The notes under the pieces were generated by a model that worked only from the letters and a program-made list of their open reading frames with translations, ran no database searches and was not told where the DNA came from. 6,701 bases of DNA, from the IMG/VR virus record IMGVR_UViG_3300029805_000015, positions 1 to 6,701 of that record. One strand, written 5' to 3'. Both the position numbers and the translations under genes were made by a program. Numbering within the stretch: the first letter of the stretch is position 1; each line of letters opens with the position of its first letter. The DNA is from a virus. Below are positions 1-4,487 of the stretch, piece after piece.

Positions 1-119
1 CAATTTCCAAAACAAACTACAGTACAACCACCATCATCATTGCCAGGGTCTGGATTAGCCGCTGGATTATCTTCACCCCATTCACCAACTTTGCATTCGT
101 TGCCTGTAAGATTATAATC
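1..119. repeat. Terminal direct repeat, left copy (identical to 6583-6701)
   Basis: Compared base by base: caatttccaaaacaaactacag...cctgtaagattataatc is present at both ends. This implies a circular molecule or a circular assembly overlap. Confidence 0.97.
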
Positions 120-725
120 AGTTAAAAATCCAGGTTCAGGGGAATCTACATGTGTATATAAGTCTCTAACAAATTCACAAGCAACACCGTCAATCAAATA
201 ATCACAGACATAATCGAGAGGTTGAGTTTCACCGTATAGCGCTAAAAACGAATCAGGATAAAAAGAAGTTAAATGTGTTTCGTTTGGATTCTGAAATCTA
301 AAGTATTCACAGGGACTAGTACAAACGTCAATACCGTCATCGTCTTCATATTTATAATACGGGTGCGGGCATTCATCTTCTTCAGTATTATCAAAATCAC
401 ATGAGAAATTATTTCTAACTTCATAATTGCCGCGTATCGAAGTTAAACCCCAATTGACATCACCGTCAGCATTTACAGAAGCTGCTGACTGATAAGCGCA
501 AGAAGTAGAATTAGGGTAAGCACCCAATGATCTATACTGATCTGAAAACTCCTGAGGAACCCAAGATCTATATAATGTATTGCATGCATGTTCTGCACTA
601 GTGCAAAGCCATCCTGTATCATGCTGAAATCCACCATAAGTTGTAGTTGCTTTATATTCTGTATTTGCAAATGAATTCTGAGAGAGGAATAATACTATAA
701 TCGAGAAAATGTTAAGTGTGCGCAT
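1..725 (-). CDS. pIII-like minor coat / adsorption protein, 5' (N-terminal) part; the gene continues across the circular junction into 6582->5925 (full length 1,383 nt, 460 aa)
   Basis: ATG at 725-723 on the minus strand. Hand translation gives MRTLNIFSIIVLFLSQNSFA|NTEYKATTTYGGFQHDTGWLCTSAEHACNTLYRSW... This is a signal-peptide-like N-terminus followed by a Cys-rich acidic region. The frame stays open to base 1 and, through the 119-bp overlap, is in phase with track ORF 5925..6548, whose first codon is an internal GTG. It is missing from the ORF track because it runs off the window edge. Confidence 0.78.
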   Translation of the reverse strand, partial: MRTLNIFSIIVLFLSQNSFANTEYKATTTYGGFQHDTGWLCTSAEHACNTLYRSWVPQEFSDQYRSLGAYPNSTSCAYQSAASVNADGDVNWGLTSIRGNYEVRNNFSCDFDNTEEDECPHPYYKYEDDDGIDVCTSPCEYFRFQNPNETHLTSFYPDSFLALYGETQPLDYVCDYLIDGVACEFVRDLYTHVDSPEPGFLTDYNLTGNECKVGEWGEDNPAANPDPGNDDGGCTVVCFGN

Positions 726-779
726 ACAACACCAATTATAAATAATGAGAAATAATATAATTCAGCCATTTGTTTTTCC

Positions 780-799
780 AAAAGGGGGGCGTCCCCCCC
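780..799 (-). terminator. Rho-independent terminator immediately after the major coat gene
   Basis: The minus strand reads AGGGGGGGACGCCCCCCTTTTGG. A 6-7 bp pure G:C stem with a short loop is followed by TTTT, starting 8 nt after the coat stop codon (807-809). Ff phages have a strong terminator in the same position after gene VIII. Confidence 0.7.
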
Positions 800-806
800 T
801 TAGTTA

Positions 807-944
807 TTAACTTCGAATTAAACCAAGAACAATTTTCGTGCTTCTGATTCCAATAAATAATCCTGCTAAAGCTACACCTATCGCAGCCAATGCAGTAAAG
901 ACTGTACTAAAATCCACAGCCGCCAACAGAGTTGTAAAATCCAT
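807..944 (-). CDS. Major coat protein (pVIII-like, 45 aa, apparently no cleaved leader, Pf3-like organisation)
   Basis: Absent from the ORF track, presumably because it is too short. ATG at 944-942 and TAA at 809-807. Translation: MDFTTLLAAVDFSTVFTALAAIGVALAGLFIGIRSTKIVLGLIRS. It has an acidic N-terminus, an Ala/Gly/Val-rich hydrophobic helix and a basic C-terminus (R, K, R). An AAAGG Shine-Dalgarno lies 7 nt upstream. It sits directly before the pIII-like gene. Confidence 0.78.
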   Translation of the reverse strand: MDFTTLLAAVDFSTVFTALAAIGVALAGLFIGIRSTKIVLGLIRS

Positions 945-948
945 ATTA

Positions 949-1179
949 TTACCTTTGTATTAATTTTAAAATGTGAACGAGACCGACTGTAGAAACGTAA
1001 TAAAACGCTACTAAACCCCATCCCGCAGAGAATGCCGCAGTTAAAATTGCCGGGTCTAACTGTGACAGATCAAACGGCTGAACGGTTACATATTCAGTAA
1101 CTGTCCAACTGTCAGAACATGTTGGCGACAGATCTATATTTTCGGAAACAACCCCATCGCACAATAGAATAAAAGGCAT
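949..1179 (-). CDS. Small membrane protein of unknown function (candidate minor coat / pVII-pIX analogue by position)
   Basis: 76-aa ORF. Its C-terminal segment DPAILTAAFSAGWGLVAFYYVSTVGLVHILKLIQR is coat-protein-like: acidic, then transmembrane, then basic. The start overlaps the upstream stop as TAATG at 1177-1181, suggesting translational coupling. It lies between the ssb-like and major coat genes. Confidence 0.6.
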   Translation of the reverse strand: MPFILLCDGVVSENIDLSPTCSDSWTVTEYVTVQPFDLSQLDPAILTAAFSAGWGLVAFYYVSTVGLVHILKLIQR

Positions 1180-1469
1180 TAAGCAGTAGCCATTTTTTTA
1201 ACTGAACCTGCAATAGACGACATTGATACTATGCTGATTGTCTGTTCTTGTTTGTCGTTAACTTCCATATCACCTTCACATTGAACAGTAGAACCGATCA
1301 TTTTTTTATAACGATCATAATCTTGAAAGCCATCCATAAATTTATACTTATTTGTCATTTGGCCTTCACCGCCTTTAACTTTAACTAATAAATATATATT
1401 CACATGCTGCCAGGTTTCATAATCTGTTTTCTTGGTTCCCATCAAAGTGCCGTTCATTGTAATTCGCAT
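1179..1469 (-). CDS. Putative ssDNA-binding protein (gene V / RstB positional analogue)
   Basis: 96-aa ORF with an AAGGA Shine-Dalgarno 8 nt upstream of the ATG at 1469. It is the first gene of the structural block, the position held by ssDNA-binding proteins in inoviruses. The function is inferred from size and position only; I recognise no motif. Confidence 0.5.
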   Translation of the reverse strand: MRITMNGTLMGTKKTDYETWQHVNIYLLVKVKGGEGQMTNKYKFMDGFQDYDRYKKMIGSTVQCEGDMEVNDKQEQTISIVSMSSIAGSVKKMATA

Positions 1470-1501
1470 ATCATTAATCCTTTTGTTGTTGAACTATTTT
1501 G

Positions 1502-1529
1502 AGTTTACATCATAATTATATTTATGCAA
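1502..1529 (-). promoter_or_regulatory. Candidate sigma70 promoter for the ssb-like/coat operon
   Basis: The minus strand reads TTGCAT (1529-1524), a 16-nt spacer, then TAAACT (1507-1502), about 33 nt upstream of the ssb-like ATG. This is hexamer matching by eye only. Confidence 0.3.
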
Positions 1530-1541
1530 CATTGTTACAAC

Positions 1542-1569
1542 GAACAATATTAGAAATTAGATGTTAAAT
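1542..1569 (+). other. Weak dif-like (XerC/XerD) candidate site
   Basis: GAACAATATTA-GAAATT-AGATGTTAAAT compared with E. coli dif GGTGCGCATAA-TGTATA-TTATGTTAAAT. The XerD arm matches 9/11, including ATGTTAAAT. The XerC arm is poor, with only the 3' A/T positions shared. It lies in the divergent intergenic region. Confidence 0.2.
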
Positions 1570-1646
1570 GTCACTGCTATCATAATTAGGAGTTAAATGC
1601 AATAATGAATAATATTTATATTTTGAAGAAAAAAGGAACACCGAAG

Positions 1647-1814
1647 ATGGCTACAATTCGAGTTAAAGAAGACACATACGATAAATGGGAAAAGTTGGCT
1701 ATAAAGAAAACTAACGAGCAGGGTAAAATAGTTGCCGTTGCAAATATCATTAACGAATATCTAGAGAGAGAAGCCGATAGGCTAGTAAAGAAATTTGGTT
1801 TAGATGTCGACTAA
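1647..1814 (+). CDS. Small ribbon-helix-helix-like DNA-binding protein (putative phage repressor/regulator), opposite strand
   Basis: This is track ORF 1605..1814. I prefer the internal ATG at 1647 because AAGGAA lies 8 nt upstream. The product MATIRVKEDTYDKWEKLAIKKTNEQGKIVAVANIINEYLEREADRLVKKFGLDVD has the N-terminal beta-strand (TIRVKEDT) plus two-helix pattern of Arc/CopG/MetJ-type proteins. The alternative start at 1605 has AGGAG 12 nt upstream. Confidence 0.6.
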   Translation: MATIRVKEDTYDKWEKLAIKKTNEQGKIVAVANIINEYLEREADRLVKKFGLDVD

Positions 1815-1925
1815 ATTGGGCTACTTGATCAAGTTACTAATGCACTAACTCCTAATGCTTTTTTCTTATAACATAAACCAAATTAATGTTATCGTAGAAT
1901 ACATGTATTAACGGAGTATGGCTAA

Positions 1926-2078
1926 ATGATAGAGCGAGAAGAAAAGGATTGTCAGAAAACATCTATTAAAATTGAAATAGAAAAACTTGAGGTCCTCGGT
2001 AAAAAGCTAGGAATCAATGCGACTGAAATAATTCACATTATTAAAACTAGAGAATTCCGCGAAGAACCTAGAAAGTAA
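1926..2078 (+). CDS. Second small ribbon-helix-helix-like protein (50 aa), opposite strand
   Basis: Not in the ORF track. GGAG (1913-1916) lies 9 nt before the ATG at 1926, and the stop is TAA at 2076-2078. Translation: MIEREEKDCQKTSIKIEIEKLEVLGKKLGINATEIIHIIKTREFREEPRK. TSIKIEIE is strand-like and is followed by two short helices. Confidence 0.5.
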   Translation: MIEREEKDCQKTSIKIEIEKLEVLGKKLGINATEIIHIIKTREFREEPRK

Positions 2079-2093
2079 AAATTATTAATTGCG

Positions 2094-2159
2094 TTCAAGT
2101 AGTTGTTTATTTCTCAATGGTCGCGCTGCTCGCATTCGAGAAATAAACAACTACTTGAA
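2094..2159. repeat. Long perfect inverted repeat / hairpin (22-bp arms, 22-nt spacer) between convergent genes
   Basis: TTCAAGTAGTTGTTTATTTCTC (2094-2115) is the exact reverse complement of GAGAAATAAACAACTACTTGAA (2138-2159). The GC-rich spacer adds partial pairing (AATG/CATT). No clean T-run follows on either strand. Confidence 0.9.
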
Positions 2160-2167
2160 ATTATAAA

Positions 2168-3472
2168 TCAGGAATAAGATAACCAGTCTGGGTTTTCAAA
2201 TTCATATCGAGATATTTTCTCGTCTGGCATTTTTCCAGAAATTGGAAATTCTAAGGATTTAGGAATACCGTCTCTTGTTATATCATTAATAATATCTTCA
2301 GCGCTTCGACCAATTTCAGTTAACGCATTAATAAGTTTTCCGTACTGACGCTTGCAATGTGAAATCATTGAATCCAATGTTATCTGAGCTTTCTTCTTTT
2401 GTATATTAACTAGTTTAATGCGCTCATCAGAAATAAACTCTAAAGCTTTGCATGAACCCGCTAAGTATTTTCCAGGTTCAGTAAGGGTATCCCACGGTAT
2501 ATAGAAATTAGATGCTTTAAGCTCAAGCTCAACACGAACCCATGCGGAGTTTTCGTCACCTAACTGCTTACCTTTCTCATAAATTCGATAATAACGTGCG
2601 CTCGACCTAGAACCCACATACGCAGTCAAACCCTTGTTATCTACGTCATCATTAAGCCAATCACCAACTTGAGAAAACCCCGGCATACGACCGCCGTTTG
2701 CATTATTGTACAAGCCTTCCTTTCTATCTTCGTTAACTTGACGAACTCGATAAGTAGAACCATCCATATCATCATAAGCGAGATCAACACGACGAAGCGA
2801 AGCGTTGATAAACTTACCCCATGACTTTATCTTATTCCAACCGAAACCTTGAGAATGAATATACTCGCAACCCTCGGCATTAAAATACAATTGAACTGTA
2901 GAATTATTTCCACCCCAAGCTACAAAACCAAGCATTGTACTCAATTGCTCGCCGTTCTCATTCTTCGTGTACATCAATTTTCTAGTATTATGATAAAAAT
3001 TCTTGGCACCCATTGGGTCACCAATTTTTATACCTACCATTTTAGAGAAATCATTTGATATAGAAGAAAGAACATCCTCATCACCGAAAAGATCCGGCAT
3101 GATCCTCATATAATCGTCAATTTTCAAAACCAGCGAACAAGTATCAATAATCGCACAATCATTGTTTGCTGACTCCATTGGTATTAAAGAATCAACAAAA
3201 GAGAAACCAGAAGAAGAACGGACAAGAATACCCCCCAGATTGTTCACGGTTTGACCGTTCCGGGGAGTTAGCCCACGTATTACTAGTGTGGGCTGATCTA
3301 CTTTCGTCCGATGATGTGAAAATTTATGAGGGTCAAAAGTAGATAAAGAAGGGTGTGTAGGAGGTAGCCAAGAGAAAGGGCCATCGAACATAATTGCTTT
3401 AAAATCAGACGGTTCATATAGAACATCGTCAACATTAACAGTCGTATCGTTAGAGTTTATTGATTTAAGCAT
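2168..3472 (-). CDS. Rolling-circle replication initiation protein, Rep_trans / RstA-like
   Basis: Translation contains LRRVDLAYDDMDG and TAYVGSRSSARYYRIYEKGKQLG...WVRVELELK. These resemble the RxDLAxD and Y-x-GSR-x-S-x(3-4)-RIY-[DEN]-K motifs of Rep_trans initiators (pT181 RepC, CTXphi RstA). The start is ambiguous. The track begins at a TTG at 3646, and ATGs occur at 3634 and 3472. I favour 3472 because the upstream 174 nt is AT-rich, carries hairpins and translates poorly. Confidence 0.85.
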   Translation of the reverse strand: MLKSINSNDTTVNVDDVLYEPSDFKAIMFDGPFSWLPPTHPSLSTFDPHKFSHHRTKVDQPTLVIRGLTPRNGQTVNNLGGILVRSSSGFSFVDSLIPMESANNDCAIIDTCSLVLKIDDYMRIMPDLFGDEDVLSSISNDFSKMVGIKIGDPMGAKNFYHNTRKLMYTKNENGEQLSTMLGFVAWGGNNSTVQLYFNAEGCEYIHSQGFGWNKIKSWGKFINASLRRVDLAYDDMDGSTYRVRQVNEDRKEGLYNNANGGRMPGFSQVGDWLNDDVDNKGLTAYVGSRSSARYYRIYEKGKQLGDENSAWVRVELELKASNFYIPWDTLTEPGKYLAGSCKALEFISDERIKLVNIQKKKAQITLDSMISHCKRQYGKLINALTEIGRSAEDIINDITRDGIPKSLEFPISGKMPDEKISRYEFENPDWLSYS

Positions 3473-3902
3473 TTTGAACCCGGCTATTTGCCGAGCTAGA
3501 ATAATAATATATACTAATATACATATATCTGAGCTTCCGTGAAGAGCTTGGCGATCGTTGATCGGGAACCTCAAGGGCTGTTTGCGCAGTTCTTGAGGCT
3601 TTATATTTCCACTGTCAGATTCAATATTCCGCATTGCAGAAATCAAAAAATCTAATCTTGTGTTAACGACGCTACCGACAATGATCGATTAAACAAATAA
3701 CGCCGCAATTTTATTTAAACAGCAGTCAGCTGATTTTACAAGGTAATTGCGTTTGAACCGTAGGCGAATGCTCACTATAGAGATTACCGCTCCCCAGCTT
3801 CTTCCCCCGTCATCGAAGGTTTTTTAAAAGGGTTAGCCATTAGGTAGTGTATTCGTTATACAAATAGTAACTATACTATAATGGTATTCCGTTAATTGAG
3901 AT
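3473..3902. other. Large intergenic region upstream of rep; candidate replication-origin / rep promoter region
   Basis: No convincing ORF. Hairpins at 3552-3564 (CGATC-GTT-GATCG) and 3569-3598 (CCTCAAG...CTTGAGG, extendable to 12 pairs). AT-rich block at 3500-3530. Palindromes TCAGCTGA (3726-3733) and ATCGAT. Pyrimidine tract at 3788-3810. Ff phages have their origin region directly upstream of gene II. Confidence 0.35.
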
Positions 3903-4337
3903 TTAATCAAATATAGTAGTTTGAAGTTTAGCGTCTGATTCAAGCGCTACTAAATACTGTTTATTTAAATACTTATTAATAATTTGGGAATTAGTCAGAC
4001 CTTCAGAATCAGAAATAGCAGAAAGCTTACACCACGCTTCAAAGTCTATATCTATAGACTTTCTCTTACCTTTATCCTTACGGTTTCTACCTGCCCTAAT
4101 TGATGTTTTTAACTTTGACCAATCTTTTGACGTTAAGAATTTTTCACACCATTCGTTAAGCTTTACAGTAGCTCTAAAGTCAACTTTTTTGTATTCTTCT
4201 AAAGCAACGTCGATACATTGACGATTTCTCATATGATTATTGAATGATTTGTAATCATTTGCATTAAATTTATTATCTATCCAACGCCTCACGAAAATCA
4301 AATCAGACTTAACAATTGTGTATTTTTTCTTCGGCAT
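3903..4337 (-). CDS. MatP-like DNA-binding protein (helical N-terminal part plus ribbon-helix-helix C-terminal part)
   Basis: 144-aa ORF with its ATG at 4337. The segment LNEWCEKFLTSKDWSKLKTSIRAGRNRKDKGKRKSIDIDFEAWCKLSAISDSEGLTNSQIINKYL aligns by eye with E. coli MatP [69 protein letters not shown]. Shared positions are W..K, LK.[ST]IRA.R.R, [RK]KSID[IL][DE]F..W..L and G.T.S..I. This is recalled from memory, not from a search. Confidence 0.65.
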   Translation of the reverse strand: MPKKKYTIVKSDLIFVRRWIDNKFNANDYKSFNNHMRNRQCIDVALEEYKKVDFRATVKLNEWCEKFLTSKDWSKLKTSIRAGRNRKDKGKRKSIDIDFEAWCKLSAISDSEGLTNSQIINKYLNKQYLVALESDAKLQTTIFD

Positions 4338-4355
4338 AGTGATTTAGCCCTTTGC

Positions 4356-4486
4356 GTTACCCGGTAACTAGTAAAGCAATAGTACATTACGTTACCCGGT
4401 AATGCAATAGATCTAGATATATTTATATTTTATATTGGGTTACCGGGTAACGAATTCTGGCAAGCTGTAATGTGTTACCGGGTATC
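4356..4486. promoter_or_regulatory. Array of four 13-bp palindromes GTTACC[C/G]GGTAAC (candidate operators of the MatP-like protein)
   Basis: The four copies are 4356-4368 GTTACCCGGTAAC, 4391-4403 GTTACCCGGTAAT, 4439-4451 GTTACCGGGTAAC and 4474-4486 GTTACCGGGTATC. Centre-to-centre spacing is 35, 48 and 35 bp. The central base flips C,C / G,G across an AT-rich core (4407-4436) that contains the palindromes TAGATCTA and ATCTAGAT. The array fills the pI-to-MatP-like intergenic space. Confidence 0.75.
4379..4407 (-). promoter_or_regulatory. Candidate sigma70 promoter for the MatP-like/rep transcription unit, overlapped by palindrome 2
   Basis: The minus strand reads TTGCAT (4407-4402), a 17-nt spacer TACCGGGTAACGTAATG, then TACTAT (4384-4379). 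The spacer is largely the 13-bp palindrome at 4391-4403. An alternative is TTACCC-17 nt-TATAAA further upstream, overlapping palindrome 3. This is hexamer matching by eye only. Confidence 0.35.
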
Positions 4487-4487
4487 A

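Noticed and set aside
473-670. Track ORF of 65 aa on the minus strand
   Set aside because: It lies in a different frame, entirely inside the much longer pIII-like reading frame (725->1). It has no Shine-Dalgarno and gives a low-complexity peptide that does not look protein-like.
716-746. GTGCGCATA (718-726), a 9/11 match to the XerC arm of dif, preceded by ATGTTAA
   Set aside because: No acceptable XerD arm follows at a 6-7 nt spacing; the best match is 7/11 with an 8-nt spacer. The 8-9-mer is expected by chance roughly 0.1-0.2 times. It overlaps the pIII-like start codon, and the nearby ATGTTAA is on the wrong side for a dif layout.
1823-1834. 12-bp perfect palindrome ACTTGATCAAGT, and the 8-mer CTACTTGA shared with the arms of the 2094-2159 hairpin
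   Set aside because: About 1-2 perfect 12-bp palindromes and hundreds of repeated 8-mers are expected by chance in 6.7 kb. There is no further support, although an RHH operator role cannot be excluded.
2849-3058. Track ORF of 69 aa on the plus strand
   Set aside because: It is antisense and fully embedded in the well-supported rep gene. It has no ribosome-binding site and an odd composition, so it is likely a chance ORF.
3472-3646. N-terminal 58-codon extension of rep from the TTG at 3646
   Set aside because: It is not rejected outright, only disfavoured. The start codon is TTG with no ribosome-binding site, the DNA is AT-rich and hairpin-bearing, and the peptide is implausible. The extension is kept as an alternative in the rep feature note.
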